The translations under genes and the position numbers were made by a program. This document shows positions 1-12,316 of a stretch of DNA of 64,000 nt, in pieces. The stretch's first letter is position 1. Every line of letters begins with the position of its first letter. Below the pieces are notes generated by a model, which was not told the DNA's origin, searched no databases, and saw only the letters and a program-made list of their open reading frames with translations. This DNA is from Octopus sinensis (taxonomy: Eukaryota), in NCBI RefSeq assembly GCF_006345805.1, contig NC_043014.1:6882001-6946000 (forward strand), read 5' to 3'.

Positions 1-204
1 AAATATTGAAAAAACCTTTTTATCGGTTCAAAATGAACAACAAATTATACCATCTTGAAAATTGTATATCATAGGAAAGTTAAAATTAAAGTGACAATTA
101 AAGGTAAAGATGGAAGTGAATTATAAAGATAATATATAATATGATGTATATAACAGGCAATACACACATCTACACACACACAGATTGTCCTTCAATGTAT
201 GTTG

Positions 205-500
205 AGTAAAGTTTCAGCATTTAATGTGGGGGAGAACTTAGCTATGAAATGTTTTTCCATATTCCTCCTGAAGGGGGGTGTCGTTCTTCGGACACTTGTA
301 GAAGGGAAATATCTTAAATTTCCTTCTCCACATGTAGCTAGGTATGTGCTTAGTGGTATTTTGCGTAGCGTAGTCTTCCTGCCGAATATGTTGTCGGTGG
401 ATCTGGCTCGCTGGCACAAAGAATTACCAGTTTCACCTACGTAATTCTCCTTGCACGTGAGGCAGGTTATACACAGAGAAAAAACACAGAAAGAAGCAGA
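205..500 (-). mobile_element. Penelope-like element relic, C-terminal GIY-YIG endonuclease fragment with frameshifts
   Basis: Minus-strand translation CITCLTCKENYVGETGNSLCQR...IPLSTYLATCGEG...MEKHFIAKFSPTLN matches the PLE GIY-YIG pattern (CxxC..Y[IV]GET..L..R...E..FI.K..P.LN). Confidence 0.75.
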
Positions 501-542
501 GAAAAAAAATATGCGTGCAGAGGCTAGCGAATCTGATTTCGG

Positions 543-583
<41 letters not shown>

Positions 584-915
584 AACAATTTAATAAATAA
601 AACATATGCATATATACATACATATATGTACATGCCTACATCTATATGTATATATACATGCATATATGAGTACAGGACACCATTTACTTGTTTGATTTTA
701 TGTTTTCGTTTTTCGATTTGTTCTACGTTTATTTGTGGTGTCCTGTACGCAGTGGGACTGGACCCAGAACTATGTGGTTGGTAAGCAAGCTACTTATCAC
801 ACAGCCACTCCTGCGCCTGATAATATTTTTATTACAAATCACACCTTGATTAATGAGAAGGCCAAAAGTTACCAATGTGTTGAAGTATTGAATCAAAAGG
901 ATCTGACCGTATCAT

Positions 916-1326
916 AGGCGCAGGAGTGACTGTGTGGTAAGTAGCTTGCTTACCAACCACATGGTTCCGGGTTCTGTCCCACTGCGAGGGACCTTGGGCA
1001 AGTGTCTTCTACTATAGTCTCGGGCCGACCAAAGCCTTGTGAGTGGATTTGGTAGACGGAAACTGAAAGAAGCCTGTCGTATATATGTATATATATGTAT
1101 ATGTATGTGTGTGTTTGTGTGTCTGTGTTTGTCCCCCTAGCATTGTTTGACAACCGATGGTGGTGTGTTTACGTCCCCGTAACTTAGCGGTTCGGCAAAA
1201 GAGACCGATAGAATAAGTACTGGGCTTACGAAGAATAAGTCCCGGGGTCGATTTGCTCGACTAAAGGCGGTGCTCCAGCATGGCCGCAGTCAAATGACTG
1301 AAACAAGTAAAAGAGTAAAAAGAGTA
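916..1326 (+). mobile_element. tRNA-derived CORE-type SINE (OR2-like), dominant family; representative copy
   Basis: A/B-box-like head (tggctgtgtggtaag...ggttcagtccc), CORE-like ccttgggcaagt, internal (TA)n(TG)n, cagtcaaatgactg hairpin and (gagtaaaa)n tail. About 25 further full or partial copies, e.g. + 4129-4740, 7583-7980, 11540-11860, 16147-17100, 20250-20676, 42440-42880, 43255-43625, 44130-44740, 45505-45890, 53470-53820; - 25370-25710, 26245-26460, 31432-31813, 38040-38518, 41570-41940, 54405-54802. The family name is from memory. Confidence 0.85.
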
Positions 1327-2289
1327 ACCTTTTTAATTCAGTCTCTTGTCGCTACATAAACTCAATATCTTAGCAGGACCAGTAAACAAGGGTCACCTTA
1401 GTCTGCTGGTTGCGGACAGCTGACAGTTTCCGTCATACCTAGCAAAATAAGCTGTGAGTTTTCATATAATAATAATAATAAAGTGTTATCATGTACATTG
1501 TTTTGTCTTGGTATAAAAGATGGGCTACAGCAAATATTCTGCTCAATACCACAGATTTGCTTGTCAGTTGTTTGACCTTAACCAGTTGAGCATGTCCCTT
1601 AGTGGCTGACGATATGTGCATCTTTGATCATAGCCATGTGTTGAGAGGGATTCTTTGGGGTTTGAATAACTCACCTCTGGAACATCATCATCATCATCGT
1701 TTAACGTCCGTTCTCCATGCTAGCATGGGTTGGACGGTTCGACCGGGGGTCTGGGAAGCCAGATGGCTGCACCAGGCTCCGGTCTTATCTGGCAAAGTTT
1801 CTGTGTTTCATTCAACATCCTTAAACAACCCTTATTCAGGGACCTTTTGAGCGGGATGGGCTACTCGACCAGAAGAAAATTCTAACTGGGCCCCACCTGC
1901 AAGGTCATGTGCTGTTTATCTTGATATGAGATCACCATGTCGCGCACATATGGTTGTCATGCATGTGCCTGGTGTACCCTTATCAGACGGGCTGTCATGA
2001 TGGGTATACTGGGCTTCGTATATTTTACCCCAGTGTCACTTTGATGGCATGCACTTCTCTCTCACTCAATAATAATAATAATAATAATAATAGTAATAAG
2101 TACAGCTCCAGAAAACAGTGTCATTAGGGATGGCTACAATACTTAGGAGATTCTTAACATTTAAGGTTACATGTTGTAGCCCGATGGTAGAGTTTTTTTC
2201 TTTTCCAACAGTCTAATCTGTTGTGTGTATATGAAATAATGATAATAATAATGATTTCTTTATTAACCACGTGTGTGTGAGCGTGTTGT

Positions 2290-2580
2290 TGTGTGTAAAC
2301 AAGACCAACAAAACTTTTTAAAAATCAACAATGAGGAGACTTCGAGGGCTTGCTCATGGAAAAATCCCTTAAAAACCATGGCGACCCTGACTTTGATGGC
2401 AGGTTCCTTTTCTTCTTTCCCTTTTTCCAACTATAGGCGTATGCTCAGGTTGGGCCCGTTCACTCGTGCCATTCTCGCCACTTCCCTCTCGACCCTTATT
2501 TTCCTTTTCAAGTGTAACTCGAAGAAGTTTATGAGGGATTGGCCAAAGAGAAAAATGTTTGTCTTCAGACTCTTCGATAA
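2290..2580 (-). mobile_element. Probable 3' end of a Tx1/L1-like LINE (ORF2 C-terminus and 3' UTR)
   Basis: Minus-strand peptide LSKSLKTNIFLFGQSLINFFELHLKRKIRVEREVARMARVNGPNLSIRL* resembles Tx1-type ORF2 C-termini (recalled pattern). No RT motif is present. Confidence 0.4.
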
Positions 2581-2581
2581 T

Positions 2582-3387
2582 ACGTAAAGTATAATCGCCA
2601 TATCAATATGGCTAACCACTAAGGGTGGGTGTTACTGTAGCTTTTAGCCCCAGGAGATCATCGTCTCCAGCTGGCTTTAGGCACACTTTCTGTGCCCTTA
2701 TGGTAGACCTCCCTTTGCAAATACCATAATGATATTCGTGGGACATAAACACACCACCATTGGTTGTCAAGCGATGTTGGGTGAGGTGGGGGCAAACACA
2801 GACACACATATATACGACAGAAGTGGAGGCGCAATGGCCCAGTGGTTAGGGCAGCGGACTCGCGGTCGTAGGAGTACAGCAGGGTTTCGATTCCCAACCG
2901 GGCGTTGTGAGTGTTTATTGAGCGAAAACACCTAAAAAGCTCCACGAGGCTCCGGTAGGGGGTGGTGATCCCTGCTGTACTCTTTCACCACACTTTCTTC
3001 TGTTGGCCTGCTCGCTTAGCCAGCGGGGTGGAGTCATTTGAAGTTTATGTAGCGACAAGAGACTGAATTAAAAGGGTCAGATCCTTTTGATTCAATACTT
3101 CAACACATTGGTGACTTTTGGCCTTCTCATTAGTCATGGTGTGATTTGTAATAAAAATATTATCAGTCGCAGGAGTGGCTGTGTGGTAAGTAGCTTGCTT
3201 ACCAACCACGTAGTTCCGGGTCCAGTCCCACTGCGTGGCACCTTGGGCAAGTGTCTTCTACTATAGCTTCGGGCCGACCAAAGTGTGCCTAAAGCCCGCT
3301 GGAGATGATGATCTCCTGGGGCTAAAAGCTACGGTAACACCCACCCTTTGTGGTTAGCCATATTGAGATGGCTATTATACTTTACGT
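2582..3387. mobile_element. Element bounded by ~108-bp inverted repeats (putative MITE carrying nested SINEs)
   Basis: 2582-2689 (acgtaaagtataat...gcacacttt) is the reverse complement of 3280-3387 (aaagtgtgc...attatactttacgt) with a few mismatches. Confidence 0.6.
2825..3045 (+). mobile_element. tRNA-derived SINE, second family
   Basis: Head ggaggcgcaatggcccagtggttagggcagcggactcgcgg...ggtttcgattccc with A and B boxes, followed by a non-tRNA body. A minus-strand copy lies at ~14690-14840. Confidence 0.75.
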
Positions 3388-3456
3388 TGTCGATCGGTTA
3401 CTGTTTACATCTCGTTCAGAGACTTATTATTGCTCTTCAATAATAGAAAATGGTAA

Positions 3457-3848
3457 TCTCTCTCTGTATAAAGCTGAAGTTGTCTGCGTATGGCAGGTTT
3501 GGGAGCCTTCAACTAACTCTATCTCCTCCGAGACCCTGCAGCGCAAGTTGACCAAAATTGAGAGTATGATAGAAGAAGGCTTGCTTTTCCTTCCCTAGAA
3601 GAAAAAATTCAAATCGGACCATGTTAACACCAAAAATTATTTACATCAAAAAGGTGCTTTTTTTCTATGAAAATCCCGATTTTTTTCGATTTTTTGACTG
3701 CTGTGTTGCCATTTTTCGGTGTATTTCAACCAGAAAAATGTTCACTTAAAGAGAATAACAAGCTACATAATACAAAATTTTTACTTTTCAAAAATTCCAA
3801 TTCTAAAGGGTCGAAACAAACCCGAGCAATGCCGGGCGATACTGCTAG
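3457..3848 (+). mobile_element. Non-autonomous Helitron, subfamily B
   Basis: A|TC 5' end, 3' cccgagcaatgccgggcgatactgCTAG|T with subterminal GC hairpin, no TSD. Second copy at 51297-51685. Confidence 0.85.
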
Positions 3849-5129
3849 TATACAAATAAAATTCAATAATATAACGCGTGATGGGGACAAAACGTACAGG
3901 GATTTACAGAGAACAGAAAATGATGTAAAAAGAAGAAGAAAAAAACGATCTAAAAACAAGTGTGTATTGTATGCGATGTTAAGAAAGAAAGGATTTATAC
4001 GTTGTTGACATCAGTTTTAAAAACGTGTTAGTAACGTGATTCTCTCAATAGGGAAGGACAAGCTAAATGTGCCAGCGCCTTCAAATAAAATATGAAAAGA
4101 GGAGAAATGAAAGCAGCAACCCTTATACGGCGCAGGAGTTGCTGTGTGGTAAGTAGCTTGCTAACCAACCACATGGTTCCGGGTTCAGTCGCACTGCGTG
4201 GCATCTTGGGCAAGTGTCTTCTGCTATAGCCCCGGGCCGACCAATGCCTTGTGAGTGGATTTGGTAGACGGAAACTGAAAGAAGCCCGTCGTATATATGT
4301 ATATATATATATATTTATAGGCACAGGAGTGGCTGTGTGGTAAGTAGCTTGCTTACCAACTACATGGTTCCGGGTTCAGTCGCACTGCGTGGCATCTTGG
4401 GCAAGTGTCTTCTGCTATAGCCTCTGGCCGACCAATGCCTTGTGAGTGGATTTGGTAGACGGAAACTGAAAGAAGCCCGTCGTATATATGTGTATATATA
4501 TATATATATATGTGTGTGTATGTGTGTGTATATGTTTGTGTGTCTGTGTTTGTCCCCCTAGCATTGTTTGACAACCGATGCTGGTGTGTTTACGACCCCG
4601 TCACTTAGTGGTTTGGCAAAAGAGACCGATAGAATAAGTACTGGGCTTGCAAAATGAATAAGTCCCAGGGACGATTTGCTCGACTAAAGGCGGTGCTCCA
4701 GCATGGCCGTAGTCAAACGACTGAAACAAGTAAAAGATAGAAGATATACAAATAAACATACCGAGTGGAAAGGAAGAAGGAGGTGTTTGCTTTGTTCAGA
4801 TCTACCTGCAATCAATCGAGATCGAAAGGTAACTAATGGGATGAAGGAAAGTAAGTGCGAACTGATATTGTTTATGTTTAACCGGAGGAAGAAACCGAGA
4901 AATTCACATAAGTGGACAGTGAAGAGAAACAATAGAAAACGATAATATAACAATAAAATTCAGAACAAGAAGATAGATGACCGTTGAAGCGATTAATGTT
5001 TGATGAAAAGTTAAGAATCGATAATCAATCCGTACATGTTCTTGACCGCTTTATTTTCTTTGAACTACAGAATTGAGAAAAGGGTTATCTATGCTTCGAC
5101 AGTTTTTTTTTTTTTTTTTTTAGAAACTA

Positions 5130-5887
5130 CTAGCCGTATCACCCGGCGTTGCTCGGGTTTGTAAGGGAAATAACTATATAAGCATTGTTAGAGAGTTATA
5201 GCCAAAAAATAGCAAAAACAAATGCATTAAAAATGGAAAAAAAATGATGGTAAATTTTTTTTTAAATCGTTGACTCATCGTAGACATTTTTAGAGAGTTA
5301 CTTCCCTTATATAATAGCGAAAATGCATTAAAATGGAAAAAATTATGGTAATTTTTTTTTTAAATCGTAGACTCATCGTAGACGCGCGCTAATACCCAGA
5401 AGGGCTCAATATGAATCACGACAGTTGTGCAAATTGTTTGCACAGGAATCCTGCCCTGTGTGGCGGTTTTTGTGGATCTGTTTCAGCTTTTTTAGCGATT
5501 TCTGTTTTGGCGACTTCAAGCCATGAAGTCGTTGTTCTAAAAGAACGCTGGTCTCCTTGACAACGCATTACGACGTTGATTTCCTTACACTCCCTTCCCC
5601 ATAGCTTCACTAGGGAGGGAAGAAGGGGGAGAAGCAAAACAGGTGCAGGTGTGAGCATGGACGCCAACTCTGTCGCCAATTAAAAAAATATGCGTTAGAA
5701 TGGAAAAAAATGATGTTAAATTATTTTTAAATTCGTAGACGCGCGCTAATACCCAGACGGGCTCGATATGAATCACGACTATAAGATACCCGGTTTTGGT
5801 TAAACTGCACCGCAAAATGTGGGAGTAGTTAGGAATCTAAATCGAAGGGGACAGACACTCACACAACTACAGTTTTATATATATAGA
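5130..5887 (-). mobile_element. Non-autonomous Helitron, subfamily A, with internal insertion
   Basis: CTAG terminus at 5130-5133 with cccggcgttgctcggg hairpin; TC start at 5887 on the minus strand; same body as the copies at 22399, 37223 and 46193. Confidence 0.8.
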
Positions 5888-5954
5888 TATCTCATTGTCT
5901 TTCTGGTGGCAAATTATAAAAAAATCATCATCATTATTATTATTATTATTTGAA

Positions 5955-6440
5955 TCTTTAGCATGCCAGGCGAAATGCTTAGTGGTATTTCGTCTGCCAT
6001 TACGTTCTGAGTTCAAATTCCGCCAAGGTCGACTTTGCCTTTCATCCTTTCGGGGTCGATAAATTAAGAACTAGTTACGCACTGGAGTCGATGTAATCGA
6101 CTTAATCCATTTGTCTGTCCCCTCTGTGTTTAGCCACTTGTGGGTAGTAAAGAAATAGGTATTTTGTCTCTCTTTATGTTCTGAGTTCAAATTCCGCCAA
6201 GGTCGACTTTGCCTTTCATCCTTTCGGGGTTGCTAAATTAAGTACCAGTTACGCACTAGGGTCGATATAATCAACTTAATCCGTTTGTCTGTCCTTGTTT
6301 CTCCTCTCTGTGTTTAGCCCCTTGAGGGAAGTAAAGAAATAGGTAATTCGTCTGCCGCTACATTCTGAATTCAAATTCCACCGAGGTCGACTTTGCCTTT
6401 CACCCTTTCAGGGTCGATAAATCAAGTACCAGTTGAGCAT
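5955..6440 (+). mobile_element. Meta-domain-like SINE with tandemly reiterated body (~3 units)
   Basis: Repeated gttcaaattccgcc..ggtcgactttgcctttcatcctttcggggtcgataaattaagtaccag, resembling the Meta/Sauria central domain. Other copies: 17884-18270 +, 27266-27690 -, 28466-28860 +, 50178-50390 -. Confidence 0.7.
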
Positions 6441-8325
6441 GTAATTCACTTACACATCATCATCATCATCATCATCATTTAGCGTCCGTTTTCCATGCTA
6501 GCATGGGTTGGACTCAGGTTGGACACCTTCCCTAAAAATGCAGGCCTAGTGCCTTTAGTAGAAATTATTATTATTATTGTATGAAAACTCACAGCTTATT
6601 TTGCTGGGTATGATGGAAAGTGTCCAGTTGTCCACAGCCAGCAGACTAAGGTGACACTTGTTTACTGGTCATCCTCCAAGAACCCTGCAAAGAATTCTTG
6701 CCGTTCTAAGCAATACTGATTTGTGTAGGTGTTTTATCTTTACATTCGTACCAATCCTTTTGGACCATGTTGGTAGTTAAGTACTGAGACTTCCAAGCCC
6801 GCTATTATTATTATTGTTGTTGTTATTGGGGATATTTTGTTGTTATTTTTATCCATTGTGTACTCATCATTGTTCAACACCCCTCTAGTCCCTTGTGTTG
6901 TATCATCCCTATTTGTTTTGTGTTTGGCCCTTATTATTATCCTCTTTCAATTTTGTTTCCATTTCTTACCGAGTGTCTTCCTGACACCTAGACAAAGGAA
7001 CTCACCGGCTGTGTGGTAAGTAGCTTGCTAACCAACCACATGGTTCCGGGTTCAGTCCCACTGCGTCGCATCTTGGGCAAGTGTCTTCTGCTATAGCCCC
7101 GGGCCGACCACGGTTCGGCAAAAGAGACCGATAGAATAAGTACTGGGCTTACAAAGAATAAGTCCCGGGGGTCGATTTGCTCGACTAAAGGCGGTGCTCC
7201 AGCATGGCCGCAGTCAAATGACTGAAACAAGTAAAAGAGTAAAAAAGAGAGTAAAGAGTATACATTGTTAGACCATTAAAATAAACACATCAGATTGTTC
7301 ATTTACAGAGTCATGTGATAGAAAAAGAAAGAAACAAAAAGGAAAGAAGGAAGAATATTGAAACAGGAAGAAACCGAAAACAAGAAAATAGGAAAAATGA
7401 AAAAGAAAAAAAATGAAAAATAAAACAAAAAAAATGAAGGCGCAGGAGAAACTGTGGTAAGTAGCTTGCTTACTTCTGGTTACCCAGAATGCAACACTAG
7501 TTGGTCTGGACTGCTCCAGTGAGAAGATGAGTTTTGGCTCCGTGAATAGAAAAAAAGAACAAAAAGAAAAATTGTCAATATAGACGCAGGAGTGGCTGTG
7601 TGGTTAGTAGCTTGCTAACCAACCACATGGTTCCGGGTTCAGTCCCACTGCGTGGCATCTTGGGCAAGTGTCTTCTGCTATAGCCCCGGGCCGACCAATG
7701 CCTTGTGAGTGGATTTGGTAGACGGAAACTGAAAGAAGCCTGTCGTATATATGTATATATAAGTGTGTGTGTATATGTTTGTCCCCCTAGCATTGCTTGA
7801 CAACCGATGCTGGTGTGTTTACGTCCCCGTCACTTTGCGGTCTGGTAAAAGAGACCGATAGAATAAGTACTGGGCTTACAAAGAATAAGTCCCGGGGTCG
7901 ATTTGCTCGACTAAAGGAGGTGCTCCAGCATGGCCGCAGTCAAATGACTGAAACAAGTTAAAGAGTGAAAAAAGAGAGAGAATTATGGCTCGCTATAGCG
8001 AGCAAAAATATTGTGTTCTCATCACCATAACGGTGAATTGAGAATTTTTGCTTGAAAATTCTTGGTGTGGCTTTTTTTTTTGCCAAATAATTTGTAAATT
8101 CTAGTGGGCGTATCTCGCTAGAAAAAGTGGAATTTTACCGAACTGGAGTACTTCAAGAATAACCCAGACTATTGGATTACCTGTTGGAATATTATACAAA
8201 GGATTCCCTGTCTCATTCTTTTCATTATATTAATTTCAGTTTCCTTTCCTTCTCTTTTGTTTTACTTCTATTTTTATTCGGTTTTAATCTTTTGGCAGAC
8301 TGTTTTTTTAACTATTTTTTTGGAC

Positions 8326-8790
8326 ATGGCAGAGAAGGAACTTAAAAAGAAAAACTCTGTCTTAGAGCGAGAAATTAACCTCCGTAAGCAGTGGTTAAAA
8401 GATATGGAGGAGAGGACGGTGGTGGTTAGAACTTATTCTAAAGTTCTTGATTCCATCGCCGTCTTCCCAAAACCAGTTATGGAAAAGGAACTGAAAGACT
8501 ATTTATCCTCTGTGAAATACATATCCCGTGGTATCAAACATGCAACCATAAGGTTGCTGTTTGACAACCAGGAAGAGGCTTGCACATTTGTGAGTTGGCC
8601 TTTAGAAGGCACGAAATTCTGTTCCTCTCGTCGTACTGCAGGAGAAAATTAATAAGAGCCTGGTTATGTGGGTTGCCCCCAGGCACCGAGGTGGGTTGGA
8701 TTGAAGATACCATCCAACAGGGACAGGGGGATACGACACTGCCAGAAAATGTTGGCAAACTACAGCAGAAGTATTCACCTCAATAGATGT
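8326..8790 (+). pseudogene. Truncated retroelement ORF1 (gag-like) remnant, copy 1
   Basis: ATG at 8326; EERTVVVRTYSKVLDSIAVFPK...VKYISRGIKHATIRLLFD...CGLPPG aligns with the 10025 copy. Frameshift near 8620-8650, truncated by a MITE fragment. Confidence 0.65.
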
Positions 8791-8844
8791 CATTGATTGG
8801 TTGAAATTGCCGAAATGCAAGAAATTAAACAACAAATAGCTTAC

Positions 8845-8978
8845 AAACTACAGAATTTTCTCAAGAAAGCCAAGAGAAAAAAATGTTTTATGTAACAATA
8901 CCAGTATACAAAGTTTAAAAGTGATTAGTTATAAAGAAGATATTTTTAAAATCTGCCGGTCAAAGCGAAAAGATCCAG
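8845..8978. mobile_element. 3' half of the palindromic MITE seen complete at 52002-52633
   Basis: ttttctcaagaaagccaagagaaaaaaatgtttta...aaaagatcc matches 52517-52633. Confidence 0.7.
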
Positions 8979-9179
8979 AATTGAATTTAATTTTTAGGCT
9001 CAATTCCGTTGCATGGCACCTTGGACAAGTGGGTGTCTTCTTTATTTTTATTTATTTTGTGATTTTATGTGTGTAGGTGCAGGAGTGGCCGTGTGGTAAG
9101 TAGCTTTCTCACCGAACGGACGCGTTTTTTCTTCGCTCCGGCAAATGTCACGTTTTAACGTGAATTATTGAACATTTTA

Positions 9180-9770
9180 CGTCAACAGGTGGGGTGTTCG
9201 AATATTGTTGGAAGCCTAATGATGTTTATTGCCTGCCGTTAATACTTTTTAACATTAACAACGTTACTTAGTGTTAATAATTTTTGCACGTAATAAACTT
9301 CACTTTGCTTCGGATATATTTTTTCTACCTGTTGGCGTATTTAAAAGTCTCACTTTTTAGAGAGAAATTGTGTTTTTTGAGGAAGGCGTAGCCCCTCCTC
9401 AGAAATATTTTTGACTCATTAGAGTACCAATTTTCACACTTGGATTACCACACGTGGAATATTGAACTGTTTGGCACAGCAGGTAGGACTGTTTGAATAT
9501 TTTTAGAGGCTTGGCGAGGTTTATTGCCTGCCATTAATACTTTTTGACGTCAACGTTAATTAGCGTTAATAATTTTTTGCGGATAATAGACTTCGCCTTG
9601 CTTCGAATATATTTTTTCTGCCTGTTGTATTTAAAATCTCACGTTTTATAGTGAGAAGTGTGTTTTCTGAAGAGGCGTAGCCCACATCAAAAATAATTCG
9701 ATTCATTGGAGCACCAATTTCGCTTTGGATTACCACACGTGGAATACTGCACCTTTGGATTACCAGGAGG
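9180..9770 (+). repeat. Diverged ~290-bp tandem duplication between the two ORF1 remnants
   Basis: gtttattgcctgcc at 9224 and 9519; ttggattaccacacgtggaata at 9440 and 9725; gaaggcgtagccc/gaggcgtagccc in both units. Confidence 0.8.
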
Positions 9771-10024
9771 CACCAAGGATATTCGTGGATTGTTTTTGCA
9801 AGCACCAGAATTACCAAGGACTGCCGTGACGTTTGGCCTGGACTACCTTTTCGGCCAAAAACAAATAATTCTTTGCCACATTTGAACTTCTTCCTCTAGC
9901 TATCCTTCATTTGAACTCCGAACTGTTTTTATTGTAACTCTCGTTTCCATTTTGTTTTTGCTTCCCTCTTTCTGTCACTTTTGTGTTTTTTCTATTCAAA
10001 CTGTATTAATATTTTTTGTTAAAA

Positions 10025-11215
10025 ATGGCAAAGGAACTGATTGTTTGGGAGCTGGAAGCTCCCAAAAAAATATGTCAAACAGCTCGAGGATAAGACCGTG
10101 GTACTGAGGACTTATTCAAGGTCGCTCAACGCTATCATGGTTTTTCCGAAGGCGAAAATTATTGAAGAGCTGACAGACCACATGCCAGCCGTGAAATATA
10201 TCACGCGGGGAGCCAAATACGCAACAGTTTGGTTGCTGTTTGACTCCCCAAAAGATGCTTGCAATTTTGCAAGCAAGCCCATTGAGGGCAAAGAAATTTT
10301 GTTTCTCCCTAGTTACAAGGGAGAAAAATTGACAAGACTATAGGTCTGCGGCCTGCCACCCGGCATTGAACCCGAGTGATAGAAGACTATCTGCCAGGGT
10401 CTGGGTGACAGATGCAAAAATCCTAAATGTTAATATACAGCCTGCGGCTGATTGGGAGGGTTCTAAGGCTACCTTAACCCTGTGGACCCAGTCAGCCAAG
10501 AGTCTGGTTTTGCCGGACTTTTTGAGAATGGCCGGGTCCAAGTATCCGGTGATGCTTGAGGGACGCCCCCCCAAGTGTCACCTGTGTTTGGAGACCGGCC
10601 ACATCATGAAGAGCTGCCCCAGGGACCAGAGTAGGATCCTGGAGCGGCTGATATTGGAGCCTCTTCAATGGAGGGAGAGAAGCAAAGTGAGGAGGGGGAA
10701 GAATCCTCCTCCAAAAGAAAAAGAAAGTGGGGAGCAATGGCGACCCACCAAAGGACCTGAAAGCTGCGGGAGAGGAGAACCCGGTGCGCACAGCTCCGGA
10801 ACCTCAGCCTCCCGTGGCCCAGGGCCAGAAGAAAAAGAAAAAGAGAAACGGAGCCCCGCCGGCGGATTGCTACACGCAGACGGCGGTTCCCGAGTATCCC
10901 GGGTCCTCTCAGGCGGGTGTGCCGCCTGAGGGACAATTCGTGGAAGATTTTATGCTCCTCTTTTCTAAAGGAGAAAAGGTGGAAAGCACCATAAGAAAAT
11001 TGAGAAAGAAAGGACGTTGGGAGATACTCAGGTCCTGCGTGGAGTACCCCGAGTGGCCTTCGCAGTTAGCTGCGGAGGTCGTGAGAAAGGCTGATCTACG
11101 CAGGATCGTGGGTTCCTTCCCAACGGACTCCTACAAGATTATACCTCTGGACACCGGCCTGACCAGCGAGTATTGCCTCAATGAGGCAAGAGCGATGGTC
11201 GGTCGTGTCACATAG
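10025..11215 (+). pseudogene. L1/Tx1-like ORF1 remnant with CCHC zinc knuckle, copy 2
   Basis: Frameshifted or stopped frames join to ...RTYSRSLNAIMVFPK...CGLPPG...MLEGRPPKCHLCLETGHIMKSCP (C-x2-C-x4-H-x4-C at 10576-10617), then a K/E/P-rich linker. No ORF2 follows. Confidence 0.7.
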
Positions 11216-11935
11216 GTTGTGTAACATCTTTGTAACATGTGGAAGAGGAGGTTCATTGCCTCCTCTAAAATTTGTAAAATTTGTAATTCAAAGTTTATTT
11301 TAAACATTTTTGCAGCAGGTTGAGGAGGAGGTTTATTGCCTCCTCTAAAATTTGTAATCATTGTATTAAATGTACTTATTGAACATTGCTTTAGAGAAGC
11401 GAGAGTCGGCGGGCGCTTTTTGACTTCTCCCATCACCATCTTCATCCACCACCACCATCATCCATTAATGTCCTTGTCCAGCCCGTAGCTACTCTGTGTG
11501 CTGCCCTAGTGGCAAAATTGTTGAAATAAAGTAGCTTGCTTACCAACCATATGGTTCTGGGTTCAGTCCCACTGCGTGGCATCTTGGGCAAGTGTCTTCT
11601 ACTATAACCTCAGGCCGACCAAAGCCTTGTAAGTGGATTAGGTAGACAGAAACTGAAAAGAAGTCCACTGTATATATATTTGTGTCTGTTTGTCGCTTGA
11701 CAACCGATGTTGGTGTGCTTACGTCCCCGTAAAGTGGCGGTTTGGCAAAAGAGACTGATAGAATAAGTACTAGGCTTACAAAGAATAAGTCCTGTGGTCG
11801 ATTTGTTCGACTAGAGGTGGTGCTGTAGCATGGCCGCTGTCAAATTACTGAAACAAAAGTGAGAGCTCTAGAGAAAAGAATGGTAAAGACGAGAGAGAGA
11901 GAGAGAGAGTGAGAGAGAGAGAGAGAAGAGAGAGG

Positions 11936-11972
<37 letters not shown>

Positions 11973-11979
11973 ATGCATC

Positions 11980-12192
11980 ATGGTTAAGAGGGGCTTACTC
12001 CGTCCGGGTTGCGGATCCATGGAATAAGCTGCCAGACGAGATAGTGAAGATGCCGACGACCGCTCGGTTCAAAGTCTCCCTTGACCACAAGTGGCCTGAA
12101 CTCTTTGCATGAACACCACCCTGTACATAACTCCATGTCCCCCTACATGGCCTTGCTTTTTGCGCCAAAAAATTAACTAACTAACTAACTAT
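11980..12192 (+). mobile_element. CR1 LINE 3' fragment
   Basis: AYSVRVADPWNKLPDEIVKMP, ccatgtccccctacatgg stem-loop and (taac)n tail; same family as 19115-19570. Confidence 0.8.
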
Positions 12193-12310
12193 ACCAATGA
12201 GGCTGATTTGATGAGCATGTCTGTCTGTTCTCTTCAAAAATATAAGAGCATGTATGTGCGTGGGTGAAGTCACAAACAAAGAAACAACGAGTTTATATAT
12301 GTAGGGTTCA

Positions 12311-12316
12311 TTTATT
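12311..12316 (-). terminator. Polyadenylation signal AATAAA of the Aurora kinase gene
   Basis: AATAAA on the minus strand ~600 nt past the stop codon, followed ~25-45 nt later by a GU/U-rich element (tcgttgtttctttgtttgtg). Confidence 0.65.

Noticed and set aside
2825-2900. Genuine tRNA gene
   Set aside because: The tRNA-like head runs into a SINE body, lacks a clean cloverleaf and terminator, and recurs elsewhere with that body. No true tRNA or rRNA gene was found in the window.
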